This document shows positions 50,208-63,622 of a stretch of 64,000 bases of DNA, piece after piece (position 1 is the stretch's first letter; each line of letters starts with the position of its first letter). A model generated the notes under the pieces. That model made no database searches. It saw only the letters and a program-made list of their open reading frames with translations, and was not told where the DNA came from. The stretch is taken from assembly GCF_001194135.2 (NCBI RefSeq), contig NC_068999.1, forward strand, positions 53,585,254-53,649,253. The letters are read 5' to 3'. This stretch comes from Octopus bimaculoides. Its lineage: Eukaryota. A program made the position numbers and the translations under genes.

Positions 50208-50957
50208 GCAAAAATGTCGGACGATACAAGGGGCGGTAACATGTATCAAAGATTATTAAATGATACGAGGAGCCCGACAATAACGTTTGCAAATTCTTGA
50301 TTGTTTTTAATCAGATATTTTTTCTACTACGTACACTGGTTAGGGTTAGGTGGCGTGCACTCGCTTTACATTCGCCCATTTTATGATGTGATATACAACA
50401 GAAATAATTATAAAAGAAATGCGCCCTTTTAAAGCCTAGCCAGGCTCAAGGGCCCGGTTTCCCCGGTTTCAATGGCGTATGTGTTCCCTAGCAGGACGGA
50501 ACACCAGTCCATCGCAGAGTTACTCATTTTTGCCTGCTGAGTGGACAGGAGCAACGTGAAATGAAGTGTCGCTCGGTCCAGGAATCGAAACCGCAATCTT
50601 ACGATCATTAAACCACGCGCCTCCACTAAACAATAGAGTAAATATGTTTAAGTCGTATGCAAGTTAAGGCACTCCACAACAAATTTCGTCTCGATAGTAA
50701 TTAAAATTTTCTACACCAGTCAATGGCCTTTTCCGTTGTTCCCAAATCTCTTCCGAGACGAAATAAGGCCATAGCATTAAAAATTTCCCGTTCAGACACA
50801 AAATTTGACATAATAATATATATTAGTTATAAACTGACTTTTAAGAAAAAGACTGTGAAACGGTCTTACAATTCGCAGACGATATCGTCGGGCCCCTTGT
50901 ATCATTAATAACTGGTAAAAGTAAGTTACCGCCCCTTGTATCGTCCGACATGTTTGC
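50208..50957. mobile_element. Element bounded by 33-bp inverted repeats, with a nested SINE (about 50420-50630)
   Basis: gcaaaaatgtcggacgatacaaggggcggtaac (50208-50240) versus the reverse complement of 50925-50957, 32/33 identical; no TSD seen. Confidence 0.65.
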
Positions 50958-52374
50958 GAGTTTTTCGTTTGTTTTATTTTTTAGTCTAAAATATTTAGAA
51001 ATAGATGAATATTCCTAATTTTCTGCATATTTCATTTATTTTGGATATATTTCTCATTTTGCTAACTTTTTTTTTTTTACAAGTAAGCGTCATTTTCTTG
51101 GAGGGGTGCGCTTCTAAAGATTCTGTCTGCTTGATCAGAGTTGGTCTGGGGTTACACAAACACCAAGAAACCACATTAAAACTTAGGAAATACATTTATA
51201 TATTTGTAAAGCTCTTGTCCATCTACGTCGTCTATTTTAATTATTTACCGTTTTCGTTTTTCTACCCACCCACTCCATTTTCTTAATGTTCTTTTACTCT
51301 GAATTAATGAAATCTAACAACAGGGGACCAGCCAGAAATAGCAACCAAAATCTCTCTAAAATACACTACCGTCTTAAATAAAGAAAGGGCACGTTACATA
51401 GTCCTAGATAACTCTGAAACGGTTGAACGGTGTCGGCTTTGCAATTGACCGCTGTTGAACAGCAATTGCACGATATACAATAGAATTGTTACGAGAGGAA
51501 CATTTTCCCTCTTGTCACAGAAAGAAGATTGTCACACTGCCTTATACATTTGTGCAGTGGACCTGTCAATAGATTAATTTATAAGAAAGAAAAGAAAAAA
51601 GCAATATCATTAAGGTACCCCCCCCCCCCCAGTAGAGGTTGTGACGAGGGAGTCTCAATGTAGTGGCTTGATCTGCTTGAAATAGCTGCTAAATCCACCC
51701 TTAACACCGTACTGTTAACAGAGTTCTGGATTAACTATCCTTTAAACTCCTATGCCCCGTGGGAAAGGGAAAGAGTCTGGAAGTGGGTGGTAAATAATGC
51801 AAAGATATTTGAAACTGTTTTGGGGCAAAAAATCCTTTTCGATTTGTATGAAACATATTGTCCTCATTATCAACCACTGGACATTGAGGTCTCGAATCTT
51901 AGGACCGGTTATCCGATTTTCATGGTGTATAACTGACCAAGACCACAAGGTTCCTCCTCAACAGGAGGCCAGTCTTGTCGCAGGGTCAGTCATTTACAGC
52001 TGAGTGGACCGGAGTAACATGAGATGATGTGTTTTGTTCAAGAAGCGAAACCACTATCTTGCGATTGTAAATGCAGCACCTCAAAGCCACGAACAGGAAT
52101 ACTGAAAATTGAAGGGCAAAAACTACCATTTTCGTTTCAAATGAGGTATGGAACTTGGAGAGACGGTCCAAAATTGTTCTACTGTTTCTTTTCCTCTTAA
52201 AAAAAAAGGAAAAAAGAAAAAGAAAATTTTGGTTATGCAAAAAGTCTGGATAGTTTCCGTCTAGAATGTCTTTTGCCGTAAATCATTAGTTCTGAACCTG
52301 GGTCCTTATAAGATTTTTGGGGTCCACGCAAGCAAAAGTCTTAAGCGAGGTGAAAAGGTTATGTACGTGGCTAC

Positions 52375-52650
52375 AGCTCTCCGCCGGGCGAAATGCTTAG
52401 CGGTATTTCGTCTGCCGCTACATTTTGAGTTCAGATTCCGTCGAGGTCGACTTAGCCTTTTATCCTTTCGGGATCGATTACATAAGTACCAGTTACGCAC
52501 TGGGGTCGATTATATAAGTACCAGTTACGCACTGGGGTCGATTATATAAGTACCAGTTACGTACTGGGTCGATGTAATCGACTTAGTTCCTTTGTCTGTC
52601 CTTGCTTGTTTCCTTTATTTTTAGCCCCCTGTGGGCAATAAAGAAATAGA
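52375..52650 (+). mobile_element. SINE family B, CpG-intact, with an internal 32-bp tandem triplication
   Basis: ccgggcgaaatgcttagcggtatttcg...gtcgaggtcgact; repeat units start at 52482, 52514 and 52546. Confidence 0.85.
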
Positions 52651-53932
52651 TATTATAATCTCCTGGTTTCAAACGAGTCAGGACAAAGAGCATCAAGAAA
52701 ATACCAAGACAGGTTAAAATTGGCGGCCACATTTATTTCTCTGCTAACAGAAGATACAGCAAACTGGTTCAACGTGAATAATTCTGTTAACAAAACTAAA
52801 TTGGTTCCTCGTGCAGCTTGTACATAGGTGATGTGCGCAGGAAAAACACAAAGCATATCGTCAAAGATCTATGCTGACAATTCTCTCCTTTCTGGTAAAT
52901 CATAGCGGAATAAAACTTGCTCTCTACCGAAGATTCAAACTCCATCGTGTAACCCTCCTCATTGAAGAAAATAGCGGGAAAAGGTATGATTAAATAGTAA
53001 AGGGTAGGCTCAAAACGGACCACACTTTTCTTGTCGGACAAGTGGTTTGATTGGATGACTTAAATCGGCACGAACGGATATGGTCGTCTGACCACATACA
53101 GAAAACAATGTTGATGAGCCAAAAATGTGAGTATTTAAAGTTAAATAGCCAAACTGTGAACATGCTTGAACCTACATGAAAAAGAATTTTACTTTAGATG
53201 TATTTATTGTAAGAAACAGCCAGGTTTCTTTCTCTAGCTCTAGTGTTTTATGTAGTTTAACATGTTTCCAGCCACTGGAACATGTTCTCTCAGAGAGTTC
53301 TATTGCAAACCTACATAAGTGAACATGTGAAAAACAAAATAGGAATTTTGAAAGAAGTAGCTATAAAACTAATTTGTAAACATTGAGTGGCTTGGAGTCC
53401 ACCAGAATAAAATAGTAATCAAAGGGGTCTATAGGTGTAAAAAAAAATGGCTGAAGGCTACTGCTGTAAAGAAATAACTACAAATATTTCTAGTTTCAGT
53501 CCCTAATTACCAATTTAATAAGTTCACAGGTAAAAAGAAAAAAGAACACAGTTGTGTATAGCGAAGAAAAGATTCAAACAGAGACCTTTCACCAGCGAAG
53601 AAATAAACCCAGTAGTAGAAAATTTTATCTTTTACTTGTTCGGTCATATTGTGGGACCGTCTTGAAAGGTTTAATTGAACAAATCAACCCTGGTTTTCAA
53701 TCGGTGGTGGTAGACAAACACGGTAATCTTCCAGTTTCGAGAGGTTAAAAAAGTAAATAAAATACAAGGGAAATGACTGAACGTCTTACCAGTATTATCC
53801 GTAGTACTTTGTTTATAAATAAATCACGTGACTTGATTGACGTTATATGTAAATCACACACGTGATTGAATATCATAGTTTCTTATGAGAAATCGAAAAT
53901 GCCTCGCGGAAGACCGGCTGCACAACATCTAA

Positions 53933-54462
53933 GGATCTTTTTTAAAACGGGGGCCACATTTTTCATTGACGAAACACTTTGAAACTTGGAACACTGGTAG
54001 AATGTGTCATATAAAACATCTTTTTCTCTTAGTCTTCTTAAAAAAAAAGAAATCCCTAAGTTATTCCATGTTAAAATTGTCGTATTTCTGTAATTTCAAC
54101 CAATCACTGACGTCCATTCAGCCGATATACATTAAGTGCCGACTACATAAACAAACGATTCTGAAACAATTCTATCGGTGATAGGGTTAGGGTTAGGGTA
54201 AAACAGCAAATTTAAAAAGAAAAAAGCAAATAAAACGAAGAAAAAGAAAGAAAATGAAAAAAGCAAATTTAAAATGAAAAAAGCAAATAAAACGNNNNNN
54301 NNNNNAAGACAATTTTTTACATGAAATAAATTCGAATACAAAAATATTTTTCTGTTCTATAACACAAAATAGATAAGTATACGAAGTTTGAAAGTCTTTC
54401 GGTACCAAAAACACTACGTAAAACATTAATGAAAAATGTGGCTCCCGTTTTAAAAAAGATCC
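53933..54462. mobile_element. MITE, about 530 bp, with 35-bp TIRs starting GGATC and a probable 8-bp TSD
   Basis: Left TIR 53933-53967 and right TIR 54428-54462 are 34/35 complementary; flanks acatctaa / acatcgaa (7/8); internal (TTAGGG)n at about 54181-54198. Confidence 0.85.
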
Positions 54463-56925
54463 ACATCGAACCCTAACCCTAACCCAAAACTTTTATAAAA
54501 AAAAATTCCGTCGCATGCTGTTTGATAAAAGAAAAAAAGCATTTTAAACTTTTATAAAAAAAAATTCCGTCGCATGCTGTTTTAGAGAAAAAGTAGTACG
54601 GATAATACTGATAAGTCGTTCAGTTATTTCCCTTGAATATTTTTATTTATTTCTTTTACCTCTCGAAGATTACCGACAAACACACTTTACACGCACACAT
54701 ATATCATATAGCGGGCTTCTTTCAGTTTGCATCTACCATATTCATTCACAAATCACTGGTCGATCAGGGGCTATAGCATAAGACATCCCTAGTGTACAGT
54801 GAAGTGGGACAGAACTGAAGTCATTTGGCTGCCAAGCGATTTTGTTTTGAATCACAGTTACGCTGGCACCTGCAGAGCTTTGGGATGCAAAAGGTTGTTG
54901 TAGTTTAACACTAGACCAACACTGATTAAATGGACTTATGATCAATGTTATTTCAATCGTTACTATCCCATCGTTTAAGTGATATCTAAAGGTACATTAT
55001 CTAACGCGCCCTTGCCTTATTTTTTAAGATGGTAGGAAATGTTTTAAGGTAATCTTTCTAGCAAGTCGAACGGCCGACATTGTTGCGTCTCAGAAAAATG
55101 GATATTTTCTCATGAAATTTTTTACAAATACTTTTCGGATGGTGTGTATAATATCAGAATTTAGTGTTAAAAAAAAAAAAATTGGTGGGCGCCCTCACAC
55201 AGGAAATACATAACATAATTTTTTTCAAAATTTCATGTTTCATTTTGTAGATATATATGTGATGTATGTCAGTATGAATGTGTGCACGCCCATAAATTTT
55301 CTTTACCTAAATCTGAAAGGTATTTGTAGAAAATTTCATTAAAAAATTCCCCTTTTTATTAGAGTTATGAGGAAACGGAATCGGGGCACATTTGTACAGG
55401 TATGCCGTGTAAAACTTCGAAGAAAGTCACGATAATCTTACCTCCCTTGGATTAGAGTTATTTCCCTTATATTGAAACATTGAATAAAGCGAGTTTTTTG
55501 CTCTTCTGGTATATTTTATAACTAGGATACCCGTGTCGTCAAAAAAGTGCCTATAGTTTTACTAATGATAGAAAAAGGCACATATCTATCTATCTATCTG
55601 TCTGTCTGTCTGTCTGTCTATTTATCTCTTTATCTATCTCTCTCTATCTTTCTCTCTCTCTCTCACACACACACATATAGGTAGATATATTTACATATAT
55701 ATCTATGTGTGCATGTCTGTATTTGTCCCCCCTCCCTCCACTGCTTGACAGCCAATACTGGTGTACTTACATCCCTGTAACCTAGCGGTTCAGCAATAGA
55801 GTTTGATAGAATAAGTACCAGGATTTTAAAGAATAAGTAGTGAGGTCAATAGATTTGAGTAAAAGTTTTTCAAGGTGGTGCTCCAGCATGGCTGCAGTCC
55901 TTTGGGTGAAACGAGTAAAAGATAAAAGATATATTATTTAAAACAGTTTGATTTGGCTCAATGTGTTAAATAATACATGTAACTCATACCAAATGTGCCT
56001 TTTTCTTTCGTTTGTCTACTTACTCGTGTATATATATATATATATATACACTTAGGTAATGCAATACTAATAACCTGTTATAGAACTCAATATATGTATG
56101 GTTCTCTTGTCATTTTTTTTCCCTATATATCATTATCATTTAACATCTGTTGTCAATGCTGGCATGGGTTGGACAGTTTTACTAAAGCTGGTAAGCTGAG
56201 GGGCTGCAGCAGACCCCAGTCTGATTTGGTGCGGTTTCTACTGCTGGATGCTCTTCCTAACACCAACCACTCCAAAAGTATAATGGAGACTTTTATGCAC
56301 CACCGGTACAGGTGCCAGTTGCGCGGCACCAGTAACTGCCACGACTATGATTTCACTTGCTTCGATGCAGCACAGAATTTTGTCAGTGAACAGGTCGCTG
56401 TCTCAAAGTGACGAAAATATTTTGACAAATTAAATTTAAATGTTGAAGTGAATCTAACGGTTTTTTTTTGTGTTATTTTAAATGGCTTATAAACACCTTC
56501 CACACTGCAATTATTTTCGTTCCAGCACACGATCTCAGATCAGGTCACTTGCTATGCAAGTACATCTCCACAATATATATATATATATATATATATATAN
56601 NNNNNNNNNNNNNNNNNNNNNNNNNNNNNNNNNNNNNNNNNNNNNNNNNNNNNNNNNNNNNNNNNNNNNNNNNNNNNNNNNNNNNNNNNNNNNNNNNNNN
56701 NNNNNNNNNNNNNNNNNNNNNNNNNNNNNNNNNNNNNNNNNNNNNNNNNNNNNNNNNNNNNNNNNNNNNNNNNNNNNNNNNNNNNNNNNNNNNNNNNNNN
56801 NNNNNNNNNNNNNNNNNNNNNNNNNNNNNNNNNNNNNNNNNNNNNNNNNNNNNNNNNNNNNNNNNNNNNNNNNNNNNNNNNNNTATATATATATATATAT
56901 ATATATACATGTCCGTGTGTGTATT

Positions 56926-56956
<31 letters not shown>

Positions 56957-57179
56957 ATGTGTGTGTCTGTGTGTGCAGTATATCTATATGATAGAATCTG
57001 TAGAACTTGTACATATTCATACTTTCAACGTGTCTCCACTTTAATTGTGCACGCCCTATCTCGCACATGTTCACATACCCTGTCTTTATCATTCAGAGAC
57101 TGAAAGACACAAAAATTCGCTGGTGGTGGTGGTGATGATGATGATAATGATGTTAATGTAAGGAACAGAGTACAGCAGC

Positions 57180-57180
<1 letters not shown>

Positions 57181-57257
<77 letters not shown>
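57181..57257. repeat. (TAG)n microsatellite
   Basis: Read directly. Confidence 0.95.
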
Positions 57258-57502
57258 CAGTCATATAACGTAAAAGAATGCAAAGATGTAGCAACAGAGA
57301 GTGAGGGTAGTTATCATGGAAGGGAATGATGGGGGGAGTGTTGCAGAGTGAAGGGGGTGGATACTGGTGCAACACTGTCTTGGCTATCAGCTGGTGCAAC
57401 GTATGTGCACTGGTTTGCCTTCATTCCTACTGCACTGCAGCACTGTATTCTGGGATAAAAACACAGCTGATAGCAGCATTCCAAATGTGCGTTTGTGTAT
57501 AT

Positions 57503-57582
57503 ATGTATATGCGCATAGACATATATGCGCATGTAAATATGTACATGTGATGCACGCACACACGTATATGTATGTATATATA

Positions 57583-57664
<82 letters not shown>

Positions 57665-58678
57665 TATACATGTATATATATGTATGTATATACACACATG
57701 CATACATATATATACATATATATATATGTATATATATACACACATGTATATATATATATATATACACACACATGTATATATATGTATATATATATATACA
57801 TGTATATATATGTGTATATATATACATGTATATATATGTGTATATAAATACATGTATATATATTTACATGTATATATATGTATATATATACATGTATATA
57901 TATGTATGTATATATACATGTATATATATGTATATATATATACATGTATATATATATGTATGTATATATACATGTATATATATGTATATATATACATGTA
58001 TATATATATGTATGTATATATACATGTATATATATGTATGTATATATACATGTATNNNNNNNNNNNNNNNNNNNNNNNNNNNNNNNNNNNNNNNNNNNNN
58101 NNNNNNNNNNNNNNNNNNNNNNNNNNNNNNNNNNNNNNNNNNNNNNNNNNNNNNNNNNNNNNNNNNNNNNNNNNNNNNNNNNNNNNNNNNNNNNNNNNNN
58201 NNNNNNNNNNNNNNNNNNNNNNNNNNNNNNNNNNNNNNNNNNNNNNNNNNNNNNNNNNNNNNNNNNNNNNNNNNNNNNNNNNNNNNNNNNNNNNNNNNNN
58301 NNNNNNNNNNNNNNNNNNNNNNNNNNNNNNNNNNNNNNNNNNNNNNNNNNNNNNNNNNNNNNNNNNNNNNNNNNNNNNNNNNNNNNNNNNNNNNNNNNNN
58401 NNNNNNNNNNNNNNNNNNNNNNNNNNNNNNNNNNNNNNNNNNNNNNNNNNNNNNNNNNNNNNNNNNNNNNNNNNNNNNNNNNNNNNNNNNNNNNNNNNNN
58501 NNNNNNNNNNNNNNNNNNNNNNNNNNNNNNNNNNNNNNNNNNNNNNNNNNNNNNNNNNNNNNNNNNNNNNNNNNNNNNNNNNNNNNNNNNNNNNNNNNNN
58601 NNNNNNNNNNNNNNNNNNNNNNNNNNNNNNNNNNNNNNNNNACATGTATATATACATGTATATATATATATATATGCA
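57503..58678. repeat. Compound (TA)n / (TATATACATG)-type satellite spanning an N-gap (58056-58641)
   Basis: Read directly; source of the long YI/IY pseudo-ORFs. Confidence 0.95.
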
Positions 58679-58679
58679 T

Positions 58680-59640
58680 TCTAGAATAAGAGTAGCTGCT
58701 AAAATAAGACTAGCCTGTGCAAAGTTCAGCCAGCTCCTACCTCTGCTGGTGACAAAGGGCCTCTTGCTCAGAGTGAAAGGTAGACTGTATGATGCATGTG
58801 TATGAATAGCCATACTACACAGCAGTGAATCATGGGCTGTGACTGCTGAGGACATGCGTAAGCTTGCAAGAAATGAAGCTAGTTTGTTCCACTGGATGTG
58901 TAATGTCAGCGTGCATACATGACAGAGTGTAAGCATCCTGAGAGAAAAATTGGGCATAAGAAGCATCAGATGTGGTGTGCAAGGGAGATGACTGCACTGG
59001 TATGGTTATGTGTTGTGTATGGATGAGGGCAGCTGTGTGAAAAAGTGTCATACTCAAGCAGTAGAGGGAACCTATGAAAGAGATAGACCCAGGAAGACCT
59101 GAGATGAGGTGATGAAAGACGACCTTCGAATGTTGGGCCTCAGGGACACGATGATTAATGACTGAGACCTTTGAAGATATGCTGTACTTGAGAAGACCCA
59201 GCAAGCCAAGTGAGACTGTAACTGTGACCTATGCCAGTGCAGCGTAACCGGTCCATTTAAGAGTACCCTTCAATACTGGCCAATAAACTGTGCTTGAGTC
59301 AAGTAAAGCCATTGTTGTGGCCAATACCAGTACTGCCTCACTGGCACCATTGCTGGTGGCACGGAAAAAGCACTGTTTGAGCAAGGCCATTGCCAGTGCC
59401 GCCTGACTGGCTCCCATGTCGGTGGCATGTAAAAAGCACTGTTTGGACGTGACCATTACCAGTGCCACCTGATTGCTGCCTGTACCGGTGGCATGTAAAA
59501 GCACCAACTACACTCTCAGAGTGGTTGGCATTAGGGAGGGCATTCAGCTGTAGAAACTTTACCAGAACAGATTGGAGCCTGTTACATGCTTCTGGCTTGC
59601 CAGTCCTCAGTCAAACCATCCAATCCATGCCACCTCGAAA
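58680..59640 (+). mobile_element. RTE-clade LINE 3' fragment (degenerate ORF C-terminus plus 3'UTR)
   Basis: RIRVAAKIRLACAKFSQLLPLL..RVKGRLYDACV..LH.SESW...LREKLGIRSIRCGVQ.R.LHWYG.V..MDE...VKK...V.G...RDRPRKT.DEV, with stops; this is the typical RTE post-RT region (WxGHV and RGRPxxxW-like motifs). Confidence 0.85.
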
Positions 59641-60009
59641 TCTTGCTTCAAACAGACACAGTATAGTATCAGACAACACCACCATCTCTTATGCAATGTC
59701 AAAACAAGAGGACACGGACACACACGCGCACGCACACACACACACATACACACACACACACAAGGCACCTGCGCTAGTGGCATGTAAAAGGTACTTGTGC
59801 TGGTGACACACATGCATAGATATGCAACTTTATGAAATGAGTTCCACCATAGAAATCTCTAAAATTTGATTGGTTGTAAAGTTGACCAATGAGAGATTTA
59901 TAAATAAAATAATATATAAATAAGTAAATATGTGGATACAAAAAGATAAACAAACTCAAAAATAAATAACGGTTAAAATCAATAATTGGAAGCATTACCA
60001 TTATTCTTA

Positions 60010-60620
60010 TTGGTAGTGAATTGGCAGAGAAATATTAGAACATTAGAGAAAATGTCTGGTAGTATTGAATGACAGCTTTTTATGCTCTGAGTTCAAATCC
60101 CACCAACTTTGCCTTTCATTCCTCTTGGGTTGATAAAATGAAGTACCAAACTTTGGTGAGCTAGCAGAATCATTATCATGCCAGAAAAAATGTTTAGTGG
60201 CATTTCCTCTGGCTCTTATCCTTCTGAGTTCAAATGTCACCAGGGCTGACTATGCCTTTCATCTTCTCAAGGTTGATAAATTAAGTTCCAGTAAACTTAA
60301 TTTGAAGTTGAAGAAATCAACTTCCCTCTTTCCTCAAAATTGCTGGCATTGAGCCAAAATAAGAAAGAATTAGGATTGGCAGAAACATTAGAACTTTGGA
60401 CAAAATGCTTGGTTGTAATTCATTATGGCCATATACATTCTGAGTTCAGATTCCACCACTGTCAGCTTTGCCTTCCATCCTTTGGGGGCAGGGCTGGGGG
60501 AATAAAATGAAGTACAGTCAAGTACTAGACTCAGCTATGTAGAAGATCCTTTATTGGTTCTTAAGTTCAAATCCCACTGGAGTTAATTTGGATTTTCATT
60601 CCTTCAGGCTCAAATAAATG
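60010..60620 (+). mobile_element. Head-to-tail cluster of about 4 truncated, diverged family-B SINE monomers
   Basis: ctgagttcaaat..c....ctttgcctttcat unit recurs at about 60085, 60225, 60440 and 60565. Confidence 0.7.
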
Positions 60621-61870
60621 GTAAAATGTGATGATGCTCAACAGATTATTACATCACCTGGTTTCTTCAGGTTCCAGCTATGAAGCATTGGTAACTGTTC
60701 ATGTAGGCTGTAATGTAGGAATATAAATAGATCCCTAATACTTCATACATACTTCATTTTATTAACCCTGGGAAAATGAAAAGCAAGGTTGACTTTGGTG
60801 GATTTGAACTTGGAACATAAAGGTTTGTAACTAAATAATTGTTTATAATTTAGGCACAGAGCCAGCAGTTTTAAGGGAAAGGGACTGGTTTATACCATTG
60901 ATCTCAGTATTTGACTAGTATTTTATTTCATCAGCCCCTAAGGGATAAAGGGCAAAGTTGACCTTGGCAGGATTTGAACTCAAAGCATAAAGAGCAAGGA
61001 AAAAATACTGCACTGTATTTTATCTGATCCTTTAAAGATTCTGCCCATACAAAAAGGTAAAATAAGTAAATAAATAAATAAACTATCTGCCATGGAATTG
61101 AACTGAAGACTTATGAAGTGATTGTCCAATGCCACATGCACTTGGCTAATTAACTTTCTGCATGTTCTATATTAACTGACACCAATCTCATTCATATTTC
61201 TCCCCAGAGACATGACATTAAAAATACAATAACAGAGCATCAATTATTCAACAACTTAACCATCAACTCAAAAGCTAGTCTCCAAACCAGCATAACACTT
61301 TTGTGGCTCTGTAGTTAAGAAGTTTGCTTTGTGACCTCACAGTACTAGGTTCGACTCCACCATGCAGCCCTGTGGGCAAGTGTTTGTGCAGCATAACTGT
61401 GTCAATCTATGCTTGTGGGTAGAATTTGGGAGATGAAAATGGTGTAAGGGAATACGTATTTGTTACGCTTGTTTGTGAATTTTTAATGTCTCAGTCTTGT
61501 TCTTCTGAGTTTGTCCTTCATTCTAGTAAAGTGGAAAGAAGTATGTGGATTCATAGCTTGACGAGGTACTTATGTTTGGTATTGGTTGTTTTTCTTCATA
61601 AATACTCTAATTAAGCTTGGATAATGCTTAGATATTGGTGTCTAGTTTCAGGAGGTCCTGTGGCGCGCACACACACACACACACACACGTATGTTGTACA
61701 CATGCGTTCCTTTCTTCATTTTCTTTTTGTTTTTTTTTTTCTCTCCTTACTTTCAGAAGAATATTGCATATTTGAAACATAAAAGATTTTTCTTTCTTTT
61801 TTTTCTTACTATTTCCCAAGCATAAGCCTGATACACTTTTCCTTTGTTCTTGTCTTTGTATTATTCTTTC

Positions 61871-61924
<54 letters not shown>

Positions 61925-63321
61925 GTATATGGGTGTATATTTGTGTGTGTGTGTATGTATATATATATATGTATGTATGTATATATGTATGTATGGATCA
62001 AAACAGTTTGATTCAAATTCGTTGGTATTGTGAGTTTCAAGCATGGTGCTTGGAGTACCAACAAATTTGATTCAAGCTGTTTTGATCCATACATTTAACT
62101 CCCAATAAATGTGTTAGGTGCCCTTCTTTTGTTTGTCCACTCACTTGTACTCACCTTCTCCCTTCATCGTTACCCCCTCCATCCCCACCCCACCCCTACA
62201 CATCCCATTCACACATACCCCTCCCTACCCTCCACATCCTCACCCCAGACCCACATCCCACCCTCATATGAGACTAGGTACCACATGGTAGAAATAACAC
62301 ATTGTTCTATGGCCAGCCAAATCACTTGGCACTAAAATGGCCCAGTCCATTTTGTTGCGACTAGGTACCACAGGATAGAAACAACTCTTGCAGTGCCAAG
62401 TTCAATTCTTCCCGTGTAGGAAAAACCATATATGGCACAGTACTCTATCCAGGAGGAGATGTGTCTCTCAACAAAATCCTGAAGATAAGTACTGGACTAT
62501 CTAAATTATTGTGGTTCAGAAAAGTATTAGTTAATCAATGTAAACCTTTTAATTAAATTTAATTTATTTTTATATTTATTTGTTGTGTTGTTTTAAAAAT
62601 ACTTTATAATTGTTTTTTCCAATACCAGTCAATTTAGTGTGTTAATTAGTTTCCCTGCAGCAGCAGCAGTAGTAGCAGTGGTAATAGTAGTAGTAGTAGT
62701 AGTAGTAGCAGCAGCAGCTAGTGGTGATGGTAGCAGTGGTGGTGTTGGTTATTGTTTTTGTAGCTATTGTTGTGGCTATTGCGTGTGTTTTTTTTTTTGT
62801 TTTTTTTTTGGCTACTGGTGTTTCTGCAACTTGTTATTGATGCTGTGGCTGTTGCTGTTGTGATCGCTGTAGTTACTAATGTGGTTTTTGTTGCTGCTGC
62901 TACTGTTGTTGTCGTTGTGGTGGTGGTGGTGGTGGTGGTGGTGGTGGTAGCACTGGTTATTACTGTTTCTTCATGTTTTTGCATAATTCTTTCATAAAGA
63001 AACGACAAAGCACCGACCCCCACCCACCCCCACTTCATGTTGCCCAACACTCCAGCCTCGCATCCCACCCCTTCTCTCCCTTCCTCTTCTCCCACCTCCC
63101 TTGTTACACAATTGAGCGACTGACATAGAAAAACATCGTTATCTTGTCTTACTTTGTTCTGGCTGTTTGATTTTTAATGAGGACCCCAAAGGGGTGTGGA
63201 AGGCGAGAGGGTGTGAAGGAGGGAGAGAGAGAGGAAGCGAAGGATGAAAGAATGCTAAGCATATTACATAGGGCATGAATAATTCATAGAGCAGTTGATT
63301 TGTTGCTTTGAAGGTGCAGAT

Positions 63322-63622
63322 TATGATGACGACGATGACAATGATGATGATGATGTTGAGGATGATGATGATGATGACGATGATGTTGAGGATGATGATG
63401 GTAATGATGATGATGATGAGGATGATGTTGATGATAATGAAGTAATGATGACAACAACAATGTTGGTGATGACGACAACGATGATGATGATAATGACGGT
63501 AGTGATGATGATGATGGTGATGATGATGATAGTGTTGATGATGGTCATGACAATGATGACGATGATGATAACAATGACGACAACAATGATGATGATGATT
63601 ATGATAATGACAATATTGATAA
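63322..63622. repeat. (GAT)n/(GAC)n trinucleotide low-complexity tract
   Basis: Read directly; gives poly-D, poly-M and poly-H pseudo-ORFs. Confidence 0.9.

Noticed and set aside
52482-52575. 32-bp palindromic repeats as a mini-CRISPR
   Set aside because: No spacers; it is an internal tandem duplication of a SINE segment.
52650-53110. Possible coding or retroelement relic (ORFs 52653-52856 and 52796-53041)
   Set aside because: The sequence looks non-repetitive, but no frame gave a motif I could recognise; a translated database search would be needed.
57314-58966. Long ORFs (550, 440 and 407 aa, among others) rich in Y/I/C/M
   Set aside because: They are translations of TA-type satellites and N-gaps.
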